DNA from: Prorocentrum cordatum
Lineage: Eukaryota
DNA length: 64,000 nucleotides
Direction: 5' to 3'
Assembly (NCBI GenBank): GCA_963575745.1
Contig: CAUYUJ010000282.1
Span: 1 to 64,000 of the forward strand
Part shown: positions 40,623 through 51,415 of the stretch, piece by piece
Numbering within the stretch: position 1 is the first letter of the stretch
Layout: every line of letters begins with the position of its first letter
Notes under the pieces: generated by a model
Told to the model about the DNA's origin: nothing
Database searches by the model: none
The model's input: the letters and a program-made list of their open reading frames with translations, nothing else
Made by a program: the position numbers and the translations under genes

Positions 40623-43600
40623 ATGGCGGAGGAGCAGCTGAGGCGACTGTCGGAGCAAGTACAGGGCCTGACTACGGAGCTCACGCGCCAGAGGGACGTA
40701 GTGGCGACACTACAGCATCAGAGGGTCCAGGAGCTCGAGGCCACGACGAAGCTGCAGGCGTCGGTCACCGCGGATCGCGAGGCCAAGAGAGAGAAGGTAC
40801 AGTTCGTAGACATCAAGGGCATCGGCAAGCCCTCGACCGTCAACTCGGACATGGAGGCCTGGAGTTGATGGAGTTTCAAGCTGGGCAACTTCCTCGAGGG
40901 CGTGGCCACGGGGATCAAGGAGGCCATGGAGTACTGCTAGGACCAGGAGGAGCCCATGCAGGACACCGACCGCGAGGAGATCGCGAGTTCCTTGGACGAC
41001 GGAGCGGACGTCAAGAGTGTAGGGAGGCAGCTGTATGCGGTGCTGGCGCCGCTCTGCGATGGCGAGGCGCTGGACCTGGTGCAGTCGACGAAGACGACGG
41101 GTTCGAGGCATGGCGGGTGGTGTCACGCCGGTTCGACTCACAGGGCGCTGGGCGCAGGAGGAACATCCTGGGGACGCTGATCCAGCCTGGGGCAGTCGAG
41201 GTGAAGGAGCTGAACAGCCACATCACCAGATGGGAGGAGCGCCTGCGTGTTTACCAGAGGCGAGCAGGCGCAGCGATGCAGGGGGACATCAAGACCGAGG
41301 TGCTGATCAGCATGACAATGGGCGTGCTGAAGGGCCACCTGGTGCTGAACGCGAACAAGCTGAAGACGTACCTCAGCGTTCGAGAGGACATCCAGAGCTA
41401 CCTGGAGTCGAAGGTCAACGACGGCCCGACGCCGATGGATCTCAGCGGGCTTGGCGGCAAAGGAGGCAAGAAGGGGGGCGCGGGCATCACGTGCAACAAC
41501 TGCGGCAATAAGGGCCACAAGAAGCAAGACTGCTGGAGCCCTGGCGGTGGAGCTCGCCATGGGAATCAAGGCTCGAAGGGCGAGGGCAAGGACGGCAAAG
41601 CCGGCAAGGGCAAGACCAAGGGAGACAAGACGGAAACCAAGAACATGGAGATGCCTTCCAGATCGCACACCCAGCCCTGGCCGAATATTTGCAGCAACCA
41701 GCAGCAACAGCAGGCAGGCTTCCCAGGATACTGCTCGCTGTGCTGGGGCTGGGGGCAGAAGAGACAGGATTGCCCTTCATCGCGTGGGCAACCGCCGAAG
41801 CGCGGTGCCAACTGCCTGGAGGCCGGGGGCAAGCAGGAGCCAGAGACCGAGCTGCCTGGGAGTATCGGCGGGCTGGACCTGTGTACGTGATGGACGGGGA
41901 CGACGAATTCTTTTATGCAGCGGTGGATTCTGGAGCGGCGGAGAGCGTCGCCCCGCACAAGTGGTTCACGGATGCGGCGGCGCGGCCGACGATATCCAGC
42001 GAGTCGGGCGCGAGCTACCCGGCGGCCAAAGGCCAGCTGGTGCGCGACGAGGAAGAGAAGATCATCGAGGTCTTGGCGGAGGACGGCTATGTGAGGCGTC
42101 TCCGATGTACCCCGACGGCTGCGCACCGGATGCTGCCTGCTGTGTCGAAGCTGGTTGGATAGGGCCACGAGGTTGATTCCGGGCCGACGGGTTGCTACCT
42201 GAGGCGCATCGCGAGTGGCGTGGCTCTACCTGTTCATCTACGGCGTGGAGTCTACTGTATCAAGCTCAAGAAGGTGAAGGTGAACCAGGCTCTGGGCCTC
42301 AGCGCAACGTTGGCGAACAGGCGGCATGCGCAGCAGTAAGTCCCGACAAGGAAAGCGATATCTCTCCTCTCCCAGAGGGCGAAGTGCCAGCGGGGGCGCC
42401 GGCAGTGGCGGCGCCCGACGAGCCCCAGCAGAAGGTCGAGGAGGAAGACGAAGACATGGGGGGCCCGCGGGTCGCAGTGGCCCCGAGGCCGTTCGAGCCG
42501 ACGACGGCCGAGCGAGAGGCGCGCGAGGCGGCAGGCCACGCGCAGTTCAGGGCATGGCGCGGAGACTGCGTCGGAGGGCGCGGCCGCAGTGCTGATCTTC
42601 GAAGGTTGGGCGCTGAGAGAGCGCGCCTGGTCCGCGCGATCTCCATAGACTACGTGTTCTTTGGAGGAGACGATGCTCGCGCGGCGCCGACGGCGGTGCT
42701 ACGTGGGCACAAGGGGCGATGGACGGCGTCGATCGCAGTGGCGAGTAAGGGGGCCCGCGAGGCCTGGATCATCGAGCGGGTGGCGGAGGCCACCGGGTAC
42801 TCGGGGGTGAGGCAATTCATCTTCAAGAGTGACCAGGAGCCTGCGATCCTGGATCTGAAGAACAAGGTCATCGAGAGTCTGGGCGAGACCTACGATTCGT
42901 GAAGGAGGTGAGCCCGGTGGACGAGCACCGGCCGAACGGCGCGATCGAGCGGGCGGCGCAGTCCGTGGGTGTCGTCGTGCGGACGCGGAAGCTGGCGGTG
43001 GAGCGCCAGTATGGGGTGCAGATCAGCCACGACCACATGATCGCACCGTGGCTCATCAACTACGCTGGAGCGGTGCTCAGCCTGTTCGAGGTGGGAGCGG
43101 ATGGACGCACAGCGTACGGGAGGATTCGAGGCAAGAGGTATCGCAAGGAGCTCCCACCGTTCGGCGAGACGGCGTTTTACCTGCCAGCGGACAGGAACAG
43201 GGGGCACAAGAACAAGCTGGATGCCAAGTGGTTGACTGGCGTCTACTTGGGTGGGCGTGGAGCTCACGAGCCAGGAGCTGCGCATCGGCGTGGAGCTGGG
43301 CGTGGCGCGGGCCAGGGCAGTCAGGCGGAAGGCCGGCGACGCCCGCTACGACGGCGAGCAAATGAGGAGGCTGCAGGGGTCACCTTGGCGGCCAGTGCCA
43401 GGGGCGGCCCGAGACGGGGGGCGCCTCCCGATGGCGAAGGCGCCCGACGAGGCGCCTCTACCAGTGGAGCCGCCGGCGTTGCGGCCAGGCACCGGGGCAG
43501 GTGGAGCACTTGGACCTTGGGCCTCGGCGAGTCTACATCCGCAACGAGGTGGAGATTAAGAAGTTCGGTCGCACCGAGGGCTGCCCCGGCTGCGACGACT

Positions 43601-43920
43601 ACGCGGCTGGACGGCCAGCTCGCAGTCACAGCGAGACCTGCAGGGCGAGGATCGCGAAGCCCATGGAGGATGATCTCGAGATGAACCAGCGAGCGAAGAT
43701 GGCCGAGGAGCGGCTTGGAAGGAAGAGGCCGGCCGAGCGCCAGTCGGTCGAGCCAGAGGCGCCGGGAGGTGATCAAGGGCAACTTGCGGCGTCGGCGAGT
43801 GGAGCGGCACCATCGAGCGCGGCGGCGGCATCGAGCGCAGCGGCGCCGCTGGGTGCAGCAGCGTCGAGCGCGGCGGCATCATCTAGCGCAGCGCAGCCTG
43901 AGGTGAAGGACACGGGCCCG
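40623..43920 (+). pseudogene. Copia gag-protease-integrase (frameshifts and stops)
   Basis: GPTPMDL, CNNCGNKGHKKQDC, CSLCWGWGQKRQDC; AAVDSGAAESV; HAQFRAW..CVGG, ISIDY, FKSDQEPAI, NGAIERA, TAYGRIRGK..PFGE, KLDAKWLTGVYLG. Confidence 0.9.
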
Positions 43921-45170
43921 ATGGACACGTCCGACGCTTGTCCCTCTCGCGATTGCATGGGGCTCCGATTCGCCGCTCGACAGAGCTATCACTGACTGGG
44001 GTTTCGAATTTGCCCTCGGCAGATGCGCGCCAGGGTACAGCGCGATGCCTGTAGTACTCCTCCCCGCCAGCGCACAACCTGCATGGTCCGAGTCGCGCGC
44101 CGCAGTCAGGTGGTCTGGTTCGGTCTGCTGCGCGAACTGCTGCACCAGCCTAGGTCGTCGCAGCAGGTAGCGTCCGATCCTCTTCACCATCTCCATGGCG
44201 ATCTGCGTTGGCTGGCTCATCCATCGTGCCGCTTCTTTCGCCGCAAAGACGAGATCGATCCTGTCCATCGCCAGGTAGTTCATCTTCATGCACACGCTGC
44301 GAAATAGTGCCGAATCGGTAGTGCCGAGTGCCGGTGACTCCATCAGCTCCTCGGCCGTCCTCTTGATGCCCGGCGATGTTACTGCTTTGCTGCCTTTGTC
44401 TGCTCCTAGCTTCAGCTGCGCTAAGACGATCTCGACATAATGGGCGTCAGCCCCCCGCTGCGAACATGGAACTCCAGCCTCGGTCTCGGTGAGCTCGACG
44501 ATCCTGTTGAGCAGCGTGACCTCCCGCAAGTCGCCGTCGTCCCAGCCGAGTACCCCACGCGCCCTCACCAGCAGCTTCTTGGACAGCTCCGTCTTGAACC
44601 ACTCCAGGGCGCCGTCGTCGCCTTCGCTCGCGAAATCGCCCCCGTGGTAGAACGGCAGGATGTCCTTCTCGTCGCGCCGGCACACGCACGGACAGAAGAC
44701 GCCACATGCTCTTGAGCAGTAGCGCACAGTCGCCTTCCTGACGTCGCTCGGCTGGGAGTTGAACGAATGCCCGCCTGCGCGCGGGACTGTGGAAGTGCGC
44801 CCGACTTATATCGATGAACATCAGCCTGCGTCGCCTACAGCCCCCGCGCTTCCAGCTCATCATCTCTCTGCTTCCTGCGGCGGGGTGGCTGAGAAAACAT
44901 CGCCCCTGAAAACCCCAGGCGTGGTCCGCGCGCTCTTCAGTTCCTTCGCGACCAACCTGCGCCTTATCGCTGGGCGAGCGTCGTCGCCCTTGTTCACGTC
45001 CACCCACTTGACCGGGTTGGGCTTCGCCTTGGCCCCCTCCCAGCAGAGAGACTCTGGCACGACCTCGAACGCCTTCATGTCGCACATGTACTTGAGCTCC
45101 TCCTCCCTGCCGGCCCGCGCCAGCTTCGCGCCCAGCAGCTGGCCCGAGATGTTGTCGCGAAGCTCTTCGT
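43921..45170 (-). pseudogene. Copia RT and N-terminal RNase H (inside the inverted segment)
   Basis: KWVDVNKG, RRRLVAKE, FSATPP, FIDISRAHF, LLKSM, HGGDF, LLNR, FRSVCMKMNYLAMDRIDL, VKRIGRYL, DSDHAG, RSTTG, QSVIALSSGESE. Confidence 0.93.
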
Positions 45171-45259
45171 GCTCCTCCATGTCCCAGGTCGCGGCGTCCC
45201 CCTCGCCAGTGACGCCTGCGGTGAACGCGCTCAGGTCGCCGTTAACCTTCAGCTGCGCC

Positions 45260-45989
45260 TTCAATCCCCTCAGGATCGCTGCCGCCCGCGCCGGCTGGTA
45301 GCTCTGCGCTGGTCTCGTCTTCGAGCCCCCGACAAGATGCACGCGGCTGCGCCGCCTGTCTCGAGGTAGGCTCTCGTTCTCGCGCCGGCGGGATACCTCC
45401 GCCGAGCTGCGCCCTGAGTTGCTCATCCAGCCTGTGGGCTTGAGGACTAAGCCCATCTCGCCATCGAGGTCCACCGTCTGTTGGCCAAAGCAGCACTGGT
45501 GCCCCGCGACGCGAGAGACACCCTCCATCCTCAGCAGATGCTGCATGACATCCAGCTTCCAGCTCCTCGATCCGGGTGCTCGCGCAGGAAGTAGCGCCCT
45601 GCCTTCACCTGCTTGACGTACCGCTTCACGCAGAACTCGAGGTGCCTGACGCCCTCTATCACCTTCTGCTCGTACGCCTCGGGGTCGCGGTCCTTGTTCA
45701 GGTTCATGATGAGACTGAACGCCCGGCACATCGGCGACCCTATGATCAGATACGGCTGCTCCTCATCGATGACCGCCTCGCACACCTTCTGGCGCTCCGG
45801 GTCTGACAGGTCCCACGGCGCCCCGTCCTCATCTCTCAGTCGCAGGTCGAAAGCAAGTCCTGGATTAAGAACAAACGACTCTGCCCTGCTCGTTAACTTG
45901 CCTGGCCCAAACAGCTCAGACACGTGAGCGCCGAAAAAGCCCGGGTCCTTGATGATGCCTGTGACCCCCTCCAGCATGTCCGCCTCCAT
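45260..45989 (-). pseudogene. C5-cytosine DNA methyltransferase domain of the Copia element (inside the inverted segment)
   Basis: VSELFGPG (motif I-like), AFDL, WDL, LIIGSPMCRAFS (motif IV, Cys retained), FLREHP (motif VI-like), QCCFG, LKPT, AQSYQPARAAAILRGL (motif X-like); one frameshift near 45570. Confidence 0.8.
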
Positions 45990-46235
45990 GGCGCCCCCGG
46001 CTTCGCATGCGCCTTCAACTTAACTCTTCGCTCCCGACGCTACAGCTGGGCGCGGCATGGCGCTCAGGCTTGGCGCATGGAAGGTTCGGCACCTACGCGC
46101 GCAGCACTTGGGGGCGCAGGCTATCTACCACCAGGAGCTCGCCCGGCTGAACAAGGTGCCAGGCGAACGCAACACAGCGGACATGATGACTAAGCACCTG
46201 AGCGGTGACATGATCGATTTCTTCATGGATCGGTA
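45990..46235 (+). pseudogene. Copia RNase H C-terminus in the original orientation
   Basis: DATAGRGMALRLGAWKVRHL...KVPGERNTADMMTKHL. Confidence 0.85.
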
Positions 46236-46391
46236 AGGGTTCGTGATATTGGAAGGACCTAACGAGCTGTCCCTGCGGGCAGCAGTGTGAGCACGGCTTG
46301 AGCTGAAGGCTCGGCCATCCAGTTTAATGAAGCTAGCGGGCGGTTTGCCTGTTGTCGGCGGCGGCGCGGAGGGCGCCTAGCCGAGGAGGAG

Positions 46392-46470
46392 TGTAGCAGT
46401 GCAAAGTTGACAAACAGGTTCGTGGCATGTGCGTTGTCCGAAGCCGTGTTGGTCCAAACTCTTTCGGTCA
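46392..46470 (+). repeat. 3' LTR (79 bp) preceded by polypurine tract GAGGAGGAG
   Basis: Homologous to 40280-40357; TG...CA ends. Confidence 0.93.
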
Positions 46471-46674
46471 GTATGTGTGTATGTATGTATGTATGTATGA
46501 ATGAATGAATGAATGAATGTTTGTATGTGCGCATGTATGTCTGCATGCATGTATGTATGTATATGTATGTATGGATGTATTCATGTAGAGAGAAGGGTGG
46601 CGAAAGACTGAGCGAAGGACAAAGAGAGAGAGAGAGAGAGAGAGAGAAGAAAGGTGAGAAAGAGAGAGAGAGAG

Positions 46675-46707
<33 letters not shown>

Positions 46708-47902
46708 AAGACACAGAGACAGAGAGAGAGAGAGATGATCCTTCGTCTTCCCCCCCCCCCCCCCCTCATCCGCCGGGCACCTGCGCGCCGCCCCGCAAGA
46801 GGAGGTGGGGGCGCGCCGAGTGCGACGGCGGGCTGCCGAGCAAGCTGGTCTCCAGGGGGAAGGGAGCGGGTCTGAAGGGGAGAAGGCCTGGAGGGGGGTG
46901 TTGCCTGGAGGAGAGTGAGAGAGTGTGGCCTGGAAGCGAGTGGGCCCGAACGGGAGAGAGGGGAACCGAAGGGCACAGATCATCGGCATGGGCGTGAATT
47001 CCCAGAGCTCCGCGCAGGTTTCTTGGATCGTGCGCGGGACCCCTCGCGGGGGAGGGGGCTGGCCTGGATGAGGAGGGAGGACCGGTGAGGGGTGAGGGAG
47101 GGTGAGCGAGGGAGGACGAAGGCTCGAGGCAGGGAGGAGGATGGAGGAGGGATGGGAGCGTGAGAGGGGGTGGAGGCGAGGTGGGGAAGAGTGAGGTGGA
47201 AGCGCGACGGGATTTCCGCGGTCGGAGCGTCGAGATGATCGACGCGTTTGGTTCGGAGTGGGCTCGCTGCTCCTCAGCTCTGGTTTTCCACGTGGTTCCC
47301 ATGGACCTAGCAGGCATGCCAGCCCCTCTGGTGCCGGCAGGGCGCATCGATCGAGGAGGAGGGGGAGGAGGAGGAGGAAAGGGAGGAGGAGGAGGAGGAG
47401 GAGGAGGAAGGAGGAGGAGGAGGAGGAGGAGGAGGAAGAGGAGGAGAGAAGGAGGAGGAGGAGAGGGAGGAGGAGGAGGAGGAGGAGGAGGAGGGGGAGG
47501 AGGAGGAGGAGGGGGAGGGGGAGGAGGAGAAGATGGAGGAGGAGGAGAAGGAGGAGGAGGAGAGGAGGAGGAGGAGGAGGAGGAGGAGGAGGAGGGAGGA
47601 CTCTTTGGACTCTGTGGCCGAGCACCGAGACGTGCGGGGGGGAGAGAGCGGGGGGGAGAGAGAGGGCGGGCCCCAGCGGCGCTCCGCCGCCCGCCGCGCC
47701 CGCCTCCCGACGCGCGGGAGGGCAGTCGGGGAGAGGAACCCCCCAGACTGCGGGACCGCCCCCACGAAGGCCCGCAGGCCCACCAGAGGGGGCGGACGGC
47801 CTACCAGAGGCCCAAAACCGCGGAGGACGAGGGGGGGGGGGCGGGGGGGGCAGGGCCCACCACCAACCGCAGTCTGGACAGACCCCTCCCCTACCCCCTC
47901 CC

Positions 47903-49240
47903 TCAGCAGTCCTCCATCTTCTTCACCATGAACTCCCAGTAGCTGATGACGTCGCGGAGCAGAGCCAAGAACTCCTCGTCTTGCCCGTGCTGCCCCGCCG
48001 CCTCCTCGAGGGCCACGAGCTCGCCCGTGATCCTCAGGTTCTCGAGAGCGTGCTCGAGCACCACCTCCTTCTTCAGCTTCTTCTTCGCCGTGCCCGTTGG
48101 GAACTCCACCTCCTCCAAGAACACTTCCTTCGTGCCCTTCTCGCGGATGATCCCCATCATGATGTCGTTGGCGAGCCGTCGTCCCGCCAGGACGCGCTCC
48201 ATCTTGGCGTAAACCGCCGCGTTCTCCGAGTAGAGGCGCTGCCACTTGTCCTCCACCAGCAAGGGAAAGGGCGGCACCGCGGGCAGCTTCGCGGCCTTCC
48301 CGATCCAGCCGCCAACGTGCTCCGGGGAAGCGCTTCTGGAGCACGTTGGACGATAGGCCGGCACGCCCAACATCGAAGGGTCGCCCACGCTCTTCGCCAG
48401 CTTCTCCTCGTCCGAGTGCATGCCCGGCTGCTCCTCCAGCCGCGCGCCGAGCTCGGCGTCCCCTTCGTCCTGCACCAGGTCGACGTCCTTCGAGTACCAC
48501 TCGTCCAGGGCGTCTTCTGACTTCGCGTTCTCCTCGTCCACCTCGTCCGAAAGCTCGAAGAACTCCACGGAGCCTGTGATGCCGACCTTCAGCGAGTCTC
48601 CTCTCGGGGCGTTGGGAACCACCTTGGCCTCGCCGCCCAGCAAGTCGATCACGCCACCTCGCGCGCCGGCGACCTGCTCCTGCGACGCCTCTTCCTGCAC
48701 CTGCCTCTCGACTCCTTGTCCTTCTTGCTCTTCTTCTCCTTCTTCACCTTCTTCTCCGTCATGCGGGTGGCCGTCGCCCGAGGCTGCCATGGGCCTGGCG
48801 CCAAGCCACTCCACGGGCGGCCGTCCAGCAGCCGCAGAGCTCCGCATCACCGTCGTCTCCTTCACCTCCTCCTGCGGGCAGGGCATGGAATCCCACACGC
48901 CTGGCGGCGCGTCCAAGATCGCGAGGCGCGGTGCCTGCGATGGCCGCGGCGCCTGGGGCGGGCGCAGAGGCGGCGGCCTGGCCTGCGACTCCACCTTCGC
49001 GTCGTCCGCGATGGCCGAGAGCCTGCGGGTCGGCCTGGCCTTGGGAGGGATTGCCGCCTCCTCCGCCTCCTTGCGGCGCGGTGGGCTGCGCACTGGCCTC
49101 GCGCCCAGCGCAGCTCGCACCGCCGCCCCCACCGCCGCCGCGGCGACCTCCGCCGCGCAGGCCGCCTGCTGGTGGGGCGGCTCCGCCGCCGCCTCCGCCG
49201 CCGCCGTCGCGCGCCACGGCACGGAGGCTCGCCATGACAT
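47903..49240 (-). CDS. Intronless ORF of 445 aa, unknown function, downstream of an SL relic (probable retroposed transcript)
   Basis: ATG at 49240 (MSWRASVPW), about 72 nt after the SL; uninterrupted frame with GC3-rich codons and a helical-looking C-terminus. Confidence 0.65.
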   Translation of the reverse strand: MSWRASVPWRATAAAEAAAEPPHQQAACAAEVAAAAVGAAVRAALGARPVRSPPRRKEAEEAAIPPKARPTRRLSAIADDAKVESQARPPPLRPPQAPRPSQAPRLAILDAPPGVWDSMPCPQEEVKETTVMRSSAAAGRPPVEWLGARPMAASGDGHPHDGEEGEEGEEEQEGQGVERQVQEEASQEQVAGARGGVIDLLGGEAKVVPNAPRGDSLKVGITGSVEFFELSDEVDEENAKSEDALDEWYSKDVDLVQDEGDAELGARLEEQPGMHSDEEKLAKSVGDPSMLGVPAYRPTCSRSASPEHVGGWIGKAAKLPAVPPFPLLVEDKWQRLYSENAAVYAKMERVLAGRRLANDIMMGIIREKGTKEVFLEEVEFPTGTAKKKLKKEVVLEHALENLRITGELVALEEAAGQHGQDEEFLALLRDVISYWEFMVKKMEDC

Positions 49241-49312
49241 CTGAATAGCCCGAGCAGGCGCTGCCGTTCCCAATCACACCTGCCCAACGCGGGGGTTACC
49301 CACGGGGAACGG

Positions 49313-49333
49313 CTTGAGCCAAAATGGCTACGG
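49313..49333 (-). other. Dinoflagellate spliced-leader (DinoSL) relic
   Basis: Reverse complement reads CCGTAGCCATTTTGGCTCAAG, a perfect match to the 21 invariant nt of DinoSL; no GT donor follows. Confidence 0.95.
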
Positions 49334-49929
49334 GAGGAGGAGGGAGGAGGAGGAGGAGGAGGAGGAGGAGGGGGAGGACGAGGAGGAGGGAGGAGGAGGG
49401 GGGGGAGGAGGGAGGGAGGAGAATGAGGAGGAGGAGGGGGAGAGGAGCAGGAGGAGCAGGAGGAGAGGAGGAGGAGGAGAGGAGGAGGAGGAGGAGGAGG
49501 AGGAGGAGGAGGAGGGGTCGCCTAAGCCCTTTCTCTCCGGGCCTTTTGATGCGGCGGTGCCACGACGGAGGGCAGGCAGACAACAAGTGCTGTCTCGGGC
49601 GCGGCGGGCGGCCTCGCTGGCCCGCGTATTCGCGCTGCAGTCGCGAGAGCGCCCAAGATACAGGGATGCCTCCTGCGTCAAAGGACAGAAACACATAATC
49701 ATGAACTTCTGGCGCTCCGCGCGGATTTCTTGGATCCGCGCCTGGGCCCCCCCCCCGGCCGCGTCTCCGGTCCCGCCCCTGGCGCGCTTCGCGCGCCAGG
49801 GAGGGGGGTCCAGCGCAGATCCAAGAAATCCGTGCGGAGCGCCAGAAGTGTATGGTTATTCCCCAAACAGCTTGCTGAACGGGGTGCTGTTGTGATAGAA
49901 GCTAACTCCGGCCGAGGGAAAGCTAAGCA

Positions 49930-51415
49930 GAGACATCCTCAAACAAATGTGGTGGTCCGGCCCGTTTCGCCTTAGACATCCTCACAACTCTCGTTTCTGA
50001 GTTGTCCGGGATTGAGCGTTTCGCCTGAGACATCCTCGAAAAGTTGCGCTCCGGGACGCCGCGCGAGAGGTGGTCCGGGCCGTTTCGCCTGAGACATCCT
50101 CAAAAAGTTGCGCTCCGGGACGCCGCGCGAGAGGTGGTCCGGGCCGTTTCGCTTGAGACATCCTCGAAACTCTGAGCCCCGAGGTGCCGTGCGAGAGGTG
50201 GTCCGGGCCGTTTCGCCTGAGACATCCTCGAAACTCTGAGCTCTGCGATGCCATGCGCGAGGTGGTCCGGCCTATTTCGCCTAAGACATCCTCGAAACTC
50301 TGACTTCGGAGATGCCGCGCGAGAGGTGGTCCGGCCCGTTGCGCTTGAGAAATCCTCGAACTTCTAAGCTCTGAGATGCCCTGCGCGAGGTGGTCCGGCC
50401 CGTCTCGCCTGAGACATCCTTGCAATTCTGAGCTCTGAGATGCCGTGCGCGAGGTGGTCCGGCCTGTTTCGCACAAGACATTCTCGCAACTCTGAGCTCT
50501 CAGATGCTGCGCGAGAGGTGGTCCAGCCTGGGCGCCCAGAAGACCACATGTGACATATCCTCCATGGGACCCTGCGAGCCTCAGGAGGCCCCAGAGAGGT
50601 CCAGGAGGCCGCAGGACGCCCAGGACAGGCCCCAGGGGCCCCCAGGAGATTCCCAGGAGGCTCCCAGGAGGCCCCAGGAGGCCCTCTATCAGAACGTGTC
50701 AAGTTAATACACATCCAGTGTCGATTCGTTGATTTTTCCTGCTCTTGTGCCCCCCCCTCCACTTTGACGGGCCCACGCGGCCACAGGTTAGATATCCCCC
50801 CTGGGAGCCCCAAGAGCCTTCAGGAAACCTCAGGTGGAGTTCAGGAGGCCACAGGAGGCCCAGGAGGAAGCTCCAGGAGGTCACCAGGAGGCCCCAGGAG
50901 GCACCAGGAGGCCGCAGGACGCCCAGGACAGGCCCCAGGGGTCCCAGGAGGCACCAGGAGGCCGCAGGATTCCCAGGAGGCTCCCAGGAGGCCCCAGAGG
51001 CTGCCTATCAGAACGTGTCAAGTTAATACACATCCGGTGTCGATTCGTTGATTTTTCCTGCTCTTGTGCCCCCCCCTCCACTTGGAGAGGCCCAAATGGC
51101 CACAGGTTAGATATCCCGGCTGGGAGCCCCAAGAGCCTTCAGGAAGCCCCAGGTGGGGTCCAGGAGGCCACAGGAGGCCCAGGAGGAAGCCCCAGGAGGT
51201 CCCCAGGAGGTCCCAGGAGGCCCCAGGAGGCCCCCGCAACTCGGAGCTCTGAGACGCCGCGCTCGAGGTGGTCCGGCCCGTTTCGCCTGAGACTTCCTCG
51301 CACCACGTTTCGCCAGAGACATCGTCGCAACTCTGGGGTCCGAGATGCCGCGCGCGAGGTGGTCCAGCCCGTTACGCTGGACACATCCTCGCAACTCTAG
51401 GCTCCGAGATGCCGT
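49930..51415 (+). repeat. ~60-65-bp satellite interrupted at ~50540-51235 by a tandem pair of ~319-bp units
   Basis: gagacatcctcgaaactctgag...gcgagaggtggtccggcccgtttcgcct about 10 times, plus about 3 copies after 51236; agaacgtgtcaagttaatacacatcc... at 50691 and 51010. Confidence 0.9.

Larger units (their letters stand above)
40280..46470 (+). mobile_element. Full-length degenerate Ty1/Copia LTR retrotransposon carrying a DNMT domain
   Basis: TG...CA LTRs at both ends, PBS, PPT, and a near-TSD gtctg/gtatg. Domain order after undoing the internal inversion: gag (two zinc knuckles) - protease (VDSGA) - integrase - DNMT - RT - RNase H. Confidence 0.95.

Noticed and set aside
49313..49333. SL RNA gene
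   Set aside because: The SL exon is followed by CCGTT rather than a GT donor and intron, and leads into an ORF; this is the trans-spliced mRNA configuration.
49930..50525. CRISPR-like array
   Set aside because: The units are wholly homologous with no unique spacers, there are no cas genes, and the context is eukaryotic. The same applies to 15617-16400 and 37270-38090.
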